Assembly: GCA_038046005.1 (NCBI GenBank)
Contig: JBBSXB010000001.1
Coordinates: 107,213 to 171,212 of the forward strand
Direction of reading: 5' to 3'
DNA from: Nanobdellota archaeon
Lineage (GTDB): Archaea; Nanobdellota; Nanobdellia; Pacearchaeales; GW2011-AR1
Length of the DNA: 64,000 bases
The translations under genes and the position numbers were made by a program. Numbering within the stretch: the stretch's first letter is position 1; every line of letters begins with the position of its first letter. The notes below the pieces were generated by a model that made no database searches, was not told the origin of the DNA, and saw nothing but the letters and a program-made list of their open reading frames with translations. Positions 18,498-28,248 of the stretch are shown here, in pieces.

Positions 18498-18641
18498 AAA
18501 ATAAACTTTGAAAAATTGGACTAACTTGAAAAATTAAAAAATAGGCTTTTTAGGGGCTAAAAAGACAAAATTTATAGGTATGAAAAAATAAACAAGAAGA
18601 AAATGTTCTATTAGAAATTGTTTTGTTGAACGAATAACTAT

Positions 18642-19373
18642 TTACAATTCTCTAAGTTTTAATATTGTTTGAAGGGAGGCAATTTTCTTTAAGCCGGCTG
18701 AAACGTTTAAATGGACATTCTTATTGTTAAGTTTGATTTTATCGACGGGAATTCCCTTTGAGATGATCTTACTGATATAATCTCTTATGGAGCTTTCAGT
18801 AAGGTTAAGCTTCAGGGCAATGGCCTTATAATCAGCATATCCTTGCTCTTCCTCTAGCTGGTATAATGTTGAAAATACTAAAATTTCCTTTTCTGTAAGC
18901 TTCTTGAATTTCAGCCTTATTTCTTTTTTTAAGGTATCTAAAGATTCAAGTATTTTGGAGGCATCGTGAAGGGTAGTTTTGGGAATCTCTAAAGGAAAAA
19001 TCAAGCTATTTTGTGTCTGTTGGTCTGTCTGTTGGTCTGTCTGTCTGTCTGCTGGAACCCCATCATTTCCTATGGAAATAGCTTGATTTTGGGGTTTTAA
19101 AGCCTTAAAAGACTCATTATCTGCTGGGCTTTGTGTTGAGGTTGTCTTATTCTCCAAACTATGTGATGGAGTTAAAAAAGTTGAATTTTGAAGTATTTTA
19201 GAAGAAATAGAAATTAATTCCCTGTTTAAATCCTTTAACTCTCTAACCTCTTCCCCTAAATTGGAAAGTTTCCAATTCAACTCCACTAGGTTGGTTTTTA
19301 GAGAATTTAACTCGTAACTAAGAGAAGAGATGTCTTGTTTAACTTTTTGAAAGGCCTCTTTTATCTCATCCAT
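18642..19373 (-). CDS. Coiled-coil plus C-terminal winged-helix protein, similar architecture to 17667..18299
   Basis: IKEAFQKVKQDI N-terminus, DRQTDQQTDQQT linker, LTEKEILVF...YKAIALKLNLTESSIRDYISKI HTH. Confidence 0.8.
   Translation of the reverse strand: MDEIKEAFQKVKQDISSLSYELNSLKTNLVELNWKLSNLGEEVRELKDLNRELISISSKILQNSTFLTPSHSLENKTTSTQSPADNESFKALKPQNQAISIGNDGVPADRQTDQQTDQQTQNSLIFPLEIPKTTLHDASKILESLDTLKKEIRLKFKKLTEKEILVFSTLYQLEEEQGYADYKAIALKLNLTESSIRDYISKIISKGIPVDKIKLNNKNVHLNVSAGLKKIASLQTILKLREL
19014..19078 (-). promoter_or_regulatory. Intragenic ORB-like box followed by ACAG/ACC repeats
   Basis: Minus strand TTTCCATAGGAAATGATGGGGT (19078-19057), then CAGACAGACAGACAGACCAACAGACAGACCAACAGACA. 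Confidence 0.6.
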
Positions 19374-19422
19374 TTTAATTTATAATAAAAAGAGTATAAA
19401 AAGATTATAGTAATGGAGAATA

Positions 19423-19701
19423 TTAAAAATTTTGAGGTTGACTTTTTTTATAGGAGGAATAAGCTTCATCGCTTAATTTCCACCGGGATCTTCTTAGATA
19501 GACTTTTCCGAGTGGATTTTTGTTTACCTCTACAATAAGTTTCTTGGCTTTCAGATCCTTGAGAAGTCTTTTAACAAATTCCTCATCCCGAGCTATTTCT
19601 CTTGCTACATAATACGTAAACATAGGTTGGGGTGAAACAGAATAGAGAAAAGCTAGAATCTGTTCGCATATCTTCTGCTTTTTCTCTTTTGATATGTACA
19701 T
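19423..19701 (-). CDS. Small winged-helix protein
   Basis: MYISKEKKQKICEQILAFL...VAREIARDEEFVKRLLKDL...RRSRWKL. Confidence 0.7.
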   Translation of the reverse strand: MYISKEKKQKICEQILAFLYSVSPQPMFTYYVAREIARDEEFVKRLLKDLKAKKLIVEVNKNPLGKVYLRRSRWKLSDEAYSSYKKSQPQNF

Positions 19702-19759
19702 TAAAGGAAAAATAAAAGGGTTTATATAAAGGTTTTTGAAAGAAAGATTATTATGGGGG

Positions 19760-20176
19760 TTAATTCTCAATCTCGTCCTTTTTTAAAGAAGGTAATTGAA
19801 TATGGAGGGGTATGCCCAGCTCTTCTTCTAATTGAAGCGCCTTGAGGGTCGATTTCCTTAAAATAGAGTTAAGGATAAAGAGATTGAAGGCTTCTGGAGC
19901 ATTTTTATCCTTCCATGTACTCAACACTTCTTTGGATATTTTAGGGTCAACAGAAACAAGAGTATTTCCCTCAAAAAAGATCTTGGCGAAGTCCGGTTCA
20001 TAATTAAGAGAAAAACTGAATTTCAAGTTCAAAAGAGATTCTTTAGAGTTAAATATATCTGCCTTAGCTTCACTGATATCGAGTATATCCATTTTGGTGT
20101 TTATATTTACACCTTTAAAGTTGGTGGAATTTCGTTCCGCGTTTATCCTTGTAAAATTAAATCCTAAGAGTTTCAT
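19760..20176 (-). CDS. Conserved hypothetical protein, possibly SecB-like fold
   Basis: Beta-rich N-terminus followed by a helix; TATA upstream; fold assignment is a guess. Confidence 0.55.
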   Translation of the reverse strand: MKLLGFNFTRINAERNSTNFKGVNINTKMDILDISEAKADIFNSKESLLNLKFSFSLNYEPDFAKIFFEGNTLVSVDPKISKEVLSTWKDKNAPEAFNLFILNSILRKSTLKALQLEEELGIPLHIQLPSLKKDEIEN

Positions 20177-20215
20177 ACTAAATGGTAAAGAAAATTATTT
20201 TTAAATATTTAGGTA

Positions 20216-20485
20216 CTAAATTAAGTCTTCCTCAGATACTATAACAAAATCGCCTATGGCGATTATAGCACTATAAGGGACTAATAAGTCATTTGAAGAA
20301 GTTTTTTCAAGATTTAAGTTCCTCGTGTAAGGTGTTGCATCTTTAACAACTAAACTGATAAGCTCACCAGATCTAGTCTCAAAGGTAACATCTTTGACAA
20401 AACCAAGTCTTTTACCCTCTTTCGTGACAATCATCTTGCCTAAAAGCGCACTAAATGGATTTTTATTGTCTTGCATGTTAAGCAT
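20216..20485 (-). CDS. PRC-barrel protein (CdpB-like)
   Basis: LLGKMIVTKEGKRLGFVKDV...VPYSAIIAIGDFVIV. Confidence 0.88.
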   Translation of the reverse strand: MLNMQDNKNPFSALLGKMIVTKEGKRLGFVKDVTFETRSGELISLVVKDATPYTRNLNLEKTSSNDLLVPYSAIIAIGDFVIVSEEDLI

Positions 20486-20576
20486 AGAAGAGATTTGTTT
20501 ATAAATTTTTCTGTACCAACAAATAGATTTGAAAGAATATAGATAACTGGATTAATGGAAGATAATAACGAGCAGA

Positions 20577-21085
20577 CACACTCCTTGATTTCGTTTGGAA
20601 AAGATTTATAAAGGATTTTTTAATTTTTTTTGTTTTTGTTTTATTTATAAATTTTTCTATAATAATATAATATAATATAATATAATTAACTTATCTTGAA
20701 TTATTATTATTATTATTATTATTATTAATTTGTATTAAGCCGCTAATTTTATTGTGGGATTTAAAAGAACAAAATGCTAATCTGGAGTTCACAAGGACTT
20801 TAATGGTTCTTATTCATGATAGTTATTATTAAATTTTCTAACAAAAGATATTCCAATCTCCCATATAACATTAAAGTTGAAGTTTTAAAAATTAAAATTA
20901 TCATAAAAGCCATGATAACTTATATTTACCAATAATCATCTTATCTTTAAAGAAGCGTTTTCCATTAGAAATTAAGGCGTCTTTCTTTCTTAGTAGTCAT
21001 AATCCTTTATAAAAAGAATACTTCTTTTTCCGTTGAGGAAATTTTTGAATAAACAATCTCCAGTGGAAATTAGCGTGTGGGTGTG
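20577..21085. other. Putative replication origin oriC
   Basis: ORBs: TTTCCAAACGAAATCAAGGAG (minus, 20581-20601), TTTCCATTAGAAATTAAGGCG (20959) and TCTCCAGTGGAAATTAGCG (21057); AT-only TATAA and TTA repeats at ~20655-20730; adjacent to orc1/cdc6. Confidence 0.85.
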
Positions 21086-21096
21086 AAAAGAATAAA

Positions 21097-22308
21097 ATGA
21101 CTAACGAACTAGACCAAATTTTTGAATCGTTTACGAAAAATAATATTTTCAAAGATAAATCTCTATTACAGGCCTCATATAAACCGGACAAAATTCTTCA
21201 TAGAGATCAACAAGTCAACCAGATTGCGTCTATTTTAGCCCCCGTTCTCCGAGGAGAGAAAACCAGTAATTTATTTCTTTATGGAAAAACTGGGACTGGG
21301 AAAACCCTTTCTGTTTATTATGTTAGGGAAGAATTGATGAAGAGAATTAATAAAAGCGAGGATTTTAAATTGAGAATAGAATATCTCAATTGTAAATTAA
21401 AGAAAGTTTCAGACACCGAATATAGAATTTTGGCAGAACTTGTAAAGAAATTTGGTGGAGAAGTGCCTGCAACGGGGCTTCCTACAGAGTCTGTTTATAA
21501 TAAATTTATAGAACTCATAGACAAAGAGAAACAAATTATAGTCTTGATTTTAGATGAGATTGATCAAACTGTCAAAAAGATTTCTAGCGATTTTTTGTAC
21601 AACCTAACAAGGTTAAACTCAGAACTTTCAAAAACGCAACTTTGCATTGTTGGAATAAGCAACAATTTGACTTTTTTGGAGGAACTTGACCCAAGAGTCA
21701 GGAGTTCCTTATCTGAAGAAGAAATTGTTTTTCCACCTTATAATGCTTTACAACTTAAAGATATCTTAAACCGGAGATCAGAGCACGCATTCAAGGAAGG
21801 AGTTTTACAACCTGGAGTCATTGACAAATGCTCGGCTTTTGCAGCAAGGGAGCATGGTGATGCAAGAAGGGCCTTGGACCTTTTGCGAATTGCTGGTGAG
21901 CTGGCCGAAAGGGAAGGGAGTAAAAAAATTTTGTTAAAACATATTGATGAGGCAAATGACAAAATTGAGAAAGACAAAATACTAGATGTTATAAAAACAG
22001 AGCCAAAACAATTCCAACTTGTTCTTTACTCTATAATGAAACTTTCAGACAAAAAAAACGGAGAGCCCCTGTTTACTGGAGATGTCTATAATTTGTATCA
22101 GGAAATTTGTTTAAAAAATAAACTAGAAGTTTTAACCCAAAGAAGGATGAGTGACATAATCCAGGAATTTGACATGTTGGGGATTATTAATGTTAAGGTT
22201 ATTTCAAAGGGGAGAGGGGGGAGGATGAGAGAAATTAAACTGGCTATCTCGAAGGATGTTCTCTTCAAAGCAAGAGAAATTGTTGAAGATTCTTTAGATT
22301 ATAAATAA
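21097..22308 (+). CDS. cdc6: Orc1/Cdc6 replication initiator
   Basis: YGKTGTGKT, ILDEID, DPRVRSSL, GDARRALDLLR, C-terminal winged helix. Confidence 0.97.
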   Translation: MTNELDQIFESFTKNNIFKDKSLLQASYKPDKILHRDQQVNQIASILAPVLRGEKTSNLFLYGKTGTGKTLSVYYVREELMKRINKSEDFKLRIEYLNCKLKKVSDTEYRILAELVKKFGGEVPATGLPTESVYNKFIELIDKEKQIIVLILDEIDQTVKKISSDFLYNLTRLNSELSKTQLCIVGISNNLTFLEELDPRVRSSLSEEEIVFPPYNALQLKDILNRRSEHAFKEGVLQPGVIDKCSAFAAREHGDARRALDLLRIAGELAEREGSKKILLKHIDEANDKIEKDKILDVIKTEPKQFQLVLYSIMKLSDKKNGEPLFTGDVYNLYQEICLKNKLEVLTQRRMSDIIQEFDMLGIINVKVISKGRGGRMREIKLAISKDVLFKAREIVEDSLDYK

Positions 22309-22313
22309 CTAAA

Positions 22314-23864
22314 ATGGACGCAAAAGAAATACTAAAATTTTGTTTAGAAAGAGGACTTTTAGTCGATCAAGAAGTTTTAACTTTGCTTAGTGGCGAGTCT
22401 GATTTAGAGTCTGTTAAACTTATGATTGAAAAAATAAAGACCCATACACAAAAAAAGATTATAACTAAAGAACTTTTTATTCAAAATAAAGATAAAGTCG
22501 GCAAATTTTTTTTAACTCTGCCGGAAGAGAACCAACAACAACTTGAGAAGCTGAAAATAAAACTTGGATTAAGCATAGAAATATCTAAGGAAATTTCTAT
22601 TTCTGGCGAGAAAACAATCCCAGATGACATCGGACATAAAGGAGATGTTAAAATTTTGTCGCTTAGCGGGCCTATTGGAAAAAGGTTTGATTCTGGAGAT
22701 TTTGTTAACTATTTCAAAGGGAGATTTTCTGAGATGAGGGGATTTTTACAGAGCAATCCTATTCTTGAAAATTTAGTTTCAATAGACAAGATATCTGGAG
22801 TTCGTCATGGAATTTCTATAATCGGGATGGTTTATGAAAAAAGAGTCACTAAAAATCAGAATATTATTTTAGATATTGAAGATTCTACTGGAACAATAAA
22901 AGTTTTAATCAATAAAGACAAAGCGGAACTTTTGAAAAAAGCTGAGGAAATTGCATTGGATTCTGTAATTGGTTTTAAATGTTCTGGGGGCAGGGAGATG
23001 CTTTTTGTCAATGATATAATTTTTCCGGAGGCAATGTTATTAGAAAAAAGAAAATCTCCTGTCGAAGAATATGCTTTGTTTGTAAGCGATGTTCACTATG
23101 GCAGCAAGAATTTTATGAAAGAAAATTTTTTGAGATTTATTGATTATCTAAATAGTGATGACCTTGAAGTTTCAAAAATAAAATATGTTTTTATAATCGG
23201 TGATTTGGTTGCGGGTGTTGGGGTTTATCCTAATCAAGAAAAAGATCTAGTAGTTGTTGATTTAGAAGATCAGTACACTGGAATTGCCGAACTTCTTGGA
23301 AAGATAAGGAAAGACATAATATTGATAATTTCAACAGGAGATCATGAGGGAGTAAGAATTATGGAGCCACAACCTCTTTACGATGAGAAACATGCTTGGG
23401 CCTTGCACCAAATGGATAATGTCATTCTTACTGAAAATCCTGCTTTGGTGAGTGTTGGGACAAAAAAGGATTTTTCTGGAATTAAAGTTTTATCTTATCA
23501 CGGTCATTCTTACCCATTTTATGCCAATAGTGTCCCAAGGCTCATGAAGATGAAAGCAATGAATTATCCTGAAAAAATTATGGAATACTTGCTTAAACAT
23601 AGACATCTTGCACCAACTCATGGGTCAACACAGTACTTTCCGACAAAAGATGTGCATATAATCAGAGAAATTCCAGACATTTTTGTTTCTGGACATACCC
23701 ACAAAAGCGGAGTTACTTATTTTAATAACGTACTCGTTATTTCGTGTTCGTGCTGGGAAACTCTTACTTCTTACCAGGAAAAAGTAGGCAATATGCCTGA
23801 CCATTGCAAAGTTCCTTTAGTAAATTTGAAGACGAGAGCAGTTAAAATTTTGGACTTTGAGTGA
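22314..23864 (+). CDS. polB: DNA polymerase D small subunit DP1
   Basis: OB fold, SDVHYGS, GDLV.GVGVYP, RHLAPTHG, GHTH. Confidence 0.93.
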   Translation: MDAKEILKFCLERGLLVDQEVLTLLSGESDLESVKLMIEKIKTHTQKKIITKELFIQNKDKVGKFFLTLPEENQQQLEKLKIKLGLSIEISKEISISGEKTIPDDIGHKGDVKILSLSGPIGKRFDSGDFVNYFKGRFSEMRGFLQSNPILENLVSIDKISGVRHGISIIGMVYEKRVTKNQNIILDIEDSTGTIKVLINKDKAELLKKAEEIALDSVIGFKCSGGREMLFVNDIIFPEAMLLEKRKSPVEEYALFVSDVHYGSKNFMKENFLRFIDYLNSDDLEVSKIKYVFIIGDLVAGVGVYPNQEKDLVVVDLEDQYTGIAELLGKIRKDIILIISTGDHEGVRIMEPQPLYDEKHAWALHQMDNVILTENPALVSVGTKKDFSGIKVLSYHGHSYPFYANSVPRLMKMKAMNYPEKIMEYLLKHRHLAPTHGSTQYFPTKDVHIIREIPDIFVSGHTHKSGVTYFNNVLVISCSCWETLTSYQEKVGNMPDHCKVPLVNLKTRAVKILDFE

Positions 23865-24447
23865 AATGGAAGAAAAAAGAAAAATAGGTATTGATATTGA
23901 TGAATGTGTGGTGGAATTTGTAAGAGGTTATTTAGAAATTTATAAAAAAAGTTCTGGAAGAGAATTCTCTTTTGATCAAATCACTTCTTATAATTTTTGG
24001 GAGTGTTTGCCTATCTCTAAAGTTGAGGCCATCTCTTTAGCAAACATATTTTATGAAAGTGATAGATTTAGAAATCTTCCTTTAATTGATGGCGCAAAAG
24101 ACGCATTACGTTGCCTTTCTACAAATTATAATCTTTTTCTCATAACTTCTAGACCAATTAAAGTAAAAGATAAGACTCAGGATTTTTTTAAACGAAACTT
24201 TCCAGTAATGGATTTAAAAATCCTTTTTTCAGGAGATTTTTTTAAAGGAGGGCTGAAAAAATCTGAAATTTGTAAACAAAGGGGAATTGAGATAATGGTT
24301 GAAGATAATGGAGTTTACGCGGAAAATTGTGCTAATGCTGGGGTTAGTGTTCTCTTATTAGACAAACCTTGGAATAGGGGATATAATCATAACCAAAACA
24401 TACACCGAGTTAAAAATTGGGGAGAAATTTTACAACATTTAAAATGA
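23857..24447 (+). CDS. HAD-family 5'(3')-deoxyribonucleotidase-like protein
   Basis: IGIDIDECV, ITSR, VEDN, DKPWN, RVKNW. Confidence 0.85.
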   Translation: MSEMEEKRKIGIDIDECVVEFVRGYLEIYKKSSGREFSFDQITSYNFWECLPISKVEAISLANIFYESDRFRNLPLIDGAKDALRCLSTNYNLFLITSRPIKVKDKTQDFFKRNFPVMDLKILFSGDFFKGGLKKSEICKQRGIEIMVEDNGVYAENCANAGVSVLLLDKPWNRGYNHNQNIHRVKNWGEILQHLK

Positions 24448-27400
24448 ACACGCAACAATATTTCAAACATATTGAGAAAGAAGTCAAGAAAGTTTATGAG
24501 GTGGCTGAGATGGCAAGGGCTAAAGGGCTGGATCCAGTCGACAAAGTTGAGATTCCATTAGCTATGTCAATGGCTGAAAAAGTTGTTGGCCTTATTTCTA
24601 CAATATACCCTCAGATGGAAGGAAGCGGTATTGCCAAAAGAATCTTGGATCTTGAAAAAGAATACGGTAAATTGGATCCTGCTGTCTGTTTACAAATTGC
24701 GGAAGAAGTTGCAAAACAAAAGTTTTGCAAATTTTCAAGCATACTAGAATCTATAGACGCTGGCGCGAGAATTGGCTTTGCTTACATAACTTTAGGTGTG
24801 GTGTCTTCCCCAATTGAAGGGCTAACTGAAATCAAGATTGTAAAAACAAGATGGGGAAAAGATTATTTATCTGCTTTCTTTTCAGGCCCAGTAAGAAGTG
24901 CCGGTGGAACAGGAGAAGCCTTCTCTGTAGTTATTATAGACCATCTAAGAGAAATTTTTGGTTTTGAAAAGTATGATCCTACTGAGGATGAAATTAAAAG
25001 AACAGTCGCTGAACTTAATGACTATCATGAAAGAATTACTAATTTGCAGTATATGCCAACAGAAGAAGAAATAATATTTTTGGCAAAAAACATTCCGATT
25101 CAAGTTAATGGTGAACCTTCTGAAAAACTTGAAGTTTCTAATTACAAAAATCTAGACAGAATAAATACAAATTTTTTGAGGAGCGGATTTTGCCTTGTTC
25201 TTGGAGAAGGTATTGCTCAAAAAGCTGCAAAAATTAAAAGATATATTACTGCTTTGCGTATCAAAGGTTTTAAATTGACTGGATGGGATTTTTTGGAGGA
25301 ATATTTAAAGATTCATGATAAAAGAGAAAAAGGGAAATCAGATGATTCTCCGACTTATATAAAAGATTTAGTCGCAGGCAGGCCAGTATTTGGACATCCT
25401 AGCAGAAGCGGAGGATTTAGATTCAGATATGGGCGTTGTAGGACTAATGGATTTAGCGCGACTTCTATTCATCCAGCAACAATGGGAATAACTGAAGGAT
25501 TTATTGCTATAGGTACTCAGTTAAAAATTGAAAAACCTACAAAGGGTTGTGCTGTAACTAGTTGTGATGGGATTGATGGCCCAATAGTTAAGTTGTTTAG
25601 CGGTAGTGTAACAAAAGTTAATACTAAAGATGATGCAAAAAAACTTTATCCTGATGTTGAAGAAATAATTTATTTAGGTGACATGCTTTTTCCTTTTGGA
25701 GATTTGGCCAATAGAAATGCTGATCTAATTACTCCCGGATATGTTGAAGAATGGTGGAAGTTGGACCTTAGAAAAGTTAATGCAGATTTCGAAAAAACCA
25801 TTGATCCTTTTAATATTAATTTTGAAGAAGCTGTAGAAATTAGTAAAACGTTTGGAGTTCCATTACATCCTAAATATATTTTTTACTGGACTCAAATTTC
25901 TAAAAATGAATTTAGAGATTTGATGGATTGGATTAAATATGCTAGATTAGAGGATAAAATAATTCTTCCGTTTACAAAGAAAGATCAAGAGAGATTTGGG
26001 CTGGGCAAAAGAGCTTTAGAACTTTTAGGTGTTGAACATGATGTTACAATTGAAAACGTTGTCATAAACAAAGAGAATAGCAAGGCATTACTTTTTAATA
26101 TCGGAGTTGATCCGAGAATTTTAGTCAAACAAAATTTATTGGGGGAAGAGTCGAATTTTGGAAACTATGATTTTGAAAAAGACCCTTTAGAACTAATTAA
26201 CTCTGTTTCAAAAGCTAAAATAAAAGATAAGGCTGGAGAGTTTATTGGTACAAGAATGGGTAGGCCAGAAAAAGCCAAGCTTAGAAAATTAATAGGAAGT
26301 CCCAATGTTTTATTTCCGGTTGGAAGTGAAGGCGGAAGGTTGAGAAGCGTTCGTGAAGCCTGCAATGTTGGAAAAATTAGGAGTTCTTTTCCGTTGTTTT
26401 ATTGTCAGTCTTGCAAAAAGGAAGGAATTTATAATTCTTGCGAAGTTTGTGGCAGTAACTGCGTTAAACAGTTCTTTTTTTATGAAACAAAAGAGAAAAA
26501 TTTTTCTAGCCATATTAATGGGATTGAAAAAAAGGGCGTACCATATTCTATGCAAGATTTAGATATTAATTATTATTTTAACACCGCAGTTCAAAAAATT
26601 GGGCTCTCTAAAAATGAGATTCCTGTTTTGATTAAAGGTGTGAGAGGCTTAAGCTCTAGTGATAAGAGTGTTGAGAATTTGGCTAAAGGGCTACTTCGCG
26701 CCAAGTATAATTTACAAGTAAACAAAGATGGTACAATTAGATATGATGTTACCGAATTGCCATTGGTTGCATTTAAGCCCAAGGAGATTTCTGTTAGTGT
26801 AGAAAAACTTAGGGAGTTAGGTTATGCTGAGGACATTCATGGCAAACTTTTAGAGGGAGATGATCAAATTCTGGAATTAAAACCACATGATATCTTATTA
26901 CCAAGTTGTCAGGATTCTTTGGACGAAAAAGCTGATGATGTCTTTATGAGAATTTGTGATTTTATAGATGAGGAATTGGGAAGATTTTACAATCTGAAAA
27001 GTTTTCATAATATAAACAAAAAAGAAGACTTAGTTGGGCAGATTGGAGTTTGCATGGCCCCACATAATTGTGCAGGTGTCGTCTGTAGATTTATTGGATT
27101 TTCTAATACTCTTGGGTTGATGGCAAGTCCATTTATGCATGCTGCGATAAGAAGAGATTGTGACGGAGATGAAGCTGCAATAATGCTGCTTTCTGATGTT
27201 CTTTTAAATTTCTCTAGAAAATTTTTACCAAATCATAGAGGTGGAACTCAAGATGCTCCTTTAGTTTTGAATGCTAAAATGGATGCTGGTGAAGTTGATG
27301 AACAGATATTGGATTTAGAGATGGTGAAAGAATATCCTCTTGAGCTTTATGAGGCTGCAGAAAGAAAAGAACATTCTTCTAAAATTAAAATTAAAATGGT

Positions 27401-27911
27401 GAGAGATATTTTGAGGGGCGAAGGGGATCCATTTACAAACTTATTTTTTACACATAATACCTCAAACTTTAATGAAGGTGTTTCGTGCTCCAGCTATAAG
27501 ACTTTGGCAACTATGAAGGATAAAGTTGAACACCAAATGAATCTAGTGGAAAAAATAAGGGCTGTGGATACTTCTGACACTGCTAGACTAATTATTGAGA
27601 GACATTTTATAAAAGATTTAAAGGGTAACCTTAGGAATTTTTCAATGCAGAGTTTTAGATGCGTTTCCTGCAATGAAATTTATAGGAGACCTCCTTTAAA
27701 AGGGATTTGTCGAATGTGTGGTGGGAAATTGATTTTTACTGTTAATGAGGGGGGCATAAAAAAATATCTTGAGCCTGCTCTTGAATTGGCAAAGAAGTAT
27801 GAGCTTTCTCCATATATAAAACAAAATCTGGAACTTATCAAAAGTTACATCGATAGCATTTTTGGGAAAGAACTTGAAAAGCAAAAAACTATGTCTGATT
27901 GGTTGAAGTAG
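24444..27911 (+). CDS. polC: DNA polymerase D large subunit DP2 (no intein)
   Basis: GPVRSAGGT, GGFRFRYGR, RMGRPEK, RRDCDGDE, C-terminal zinc finger. Confidence 0.97.
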   Translation: MNTQQYFKHIEKEVKKVYEVAEMARAKGLDPVDKVEIPLAMSMAEKVVGLISTIYPQMEGSGIAKRILDLEKEYGKLDPAVCLQIAEEVAKQKFCKFSSILESIDAGARIGFAYITLGVVSSPIEGLTEIKIVKTRWGKDYLSAFFSGPVRSAGGTGEAFSVVIIDHLREIFGFEKYDPTEDEIKRTVAELNDYHERITNLQYMPTEEEIIFLAKNIPIQVNGEPSEKLEVSNYKNLDRINTNFLRSGFCLVLGEGIAQKAAKIKRYITALRIKGFKLTGWDFLEEYLKIHDKREKGKSDDSPTYIKDLVAGRPVFGHPSRSGGFRFRYGRCRTNGFSATSIHPATMGITEGFIAIGTQLKIEKPTKGCAVTSCDGIDGPIVKLFSGSVTKVNTKDDAKKLYPDVEEIIYLGDMLFPFGDLANRNADLITPGYVEEWWKLDLRKVNADFEKTIDPFNINFEEAVEISKTFGVPLHPKYIFYWTQISKNEFRDLMDWIKYARLEDKIILPFTKKDQERFGLGKRALELLGVEHDVTIENVVINKENSKALLFNIGVDPRILVKQNLLGEESNFGNYDFEKDPLELINSVSKAKIKDKAGEFIGTRMGRPEKAKLRKLIGSPNVLFPVGSEGGRLRSVREACNVGKIRSSFPLFYCQSCKKEGIYNSCEVCGSNCVKQFFFYETKEKNFSSHINGIEKKGVPYSMQDLDINYYFNTAVQKIGLSKNEIPVLIKGVRGLSSSDKSVENLAKGLLRAKYNLQVNKDGTIRYDVTELPLVAFKPKEISVSVEKLRELGYAEDIHGKLLEGDDQILELKPHDILLPSCQDSLDEKADDVFMRICDFIDEELGRFYNLKSFHNINKKEDLVGQIGVCMAPHNCAGVVCRFIGFSNTLGLMASPFMHAAIRRDCDGDEAAIMLLSDVLLNFSRKFLPNHRGGTQDAPLVLNAKMDAGEVDEQILDLEMVKEYPLELYEAAERKEHSSKIKIKMVRDILRGEGDPFTNLFFTHNTSNFNEGVSCSSYKTLATMKDKVEHQMNLVEKIRAVDTSDTARLIIERHFIKDLKGNLRNFSMQSFRCVSCNEIYRRPPLKGICRMCGGKLIFTVNEGGIKKYLEPALELAKKYELSPYIKQNLELIKSYIDSIFGKELEKQKTMSDWLK

Positions 27912-27953
27912 TTTTAGTATAAAAGTATTTAAAAAGAGATTTTAGCATGAGTT

Positions 27954-28238
27954 TTGATGATAAGGGCTAGAACAGATTCAACAATTAACCGATCTAGGAC
28001 CACTCTTGTCATTCCAGAATATCTGAATTCGATTCTTGATCTTTACTCTATTTATTCTAGGCTGGGGGAGAATAAAGAAGGCATTCCCAAAAGTAAAATA
28101 TTTCAAATTTCTTTAGAAAACTTTTTGCTAAATGATGGAGAGTTTATAGAATTCCTTTCAAAATTTAGTGAATTGAATCCGCGATTTAAAACGTTTTATG
28201 ACCAATTAGTTGCTTCTCGTGATGAAAGAAATAAATAA
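27954..28238 (+). CDS. Hypothetical protein, possibly ribbon-helix-helix
   Basis: Own TATA (TTTAAA ~27928); RTTLVIP strand followed by helices. Confidence 0.5.
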   Translation: MMIRARTDSTINRSRTTLVIPEYLNSILDLYSIYSRLGENKEGIPKSKIFQISLENFLLNDGEFIEFLSKFSELNPRFKTFYDQLVASRDERNK

Positions 28239-28248
28239 TAATTTCTTT

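Noticed and set aside
23190-23350. DP1 exonuclease motif variants (GDLVAG, GDHE)
   Set aside because: The main metal ligands and the catalytic His appear retained; not enough to call it inactive
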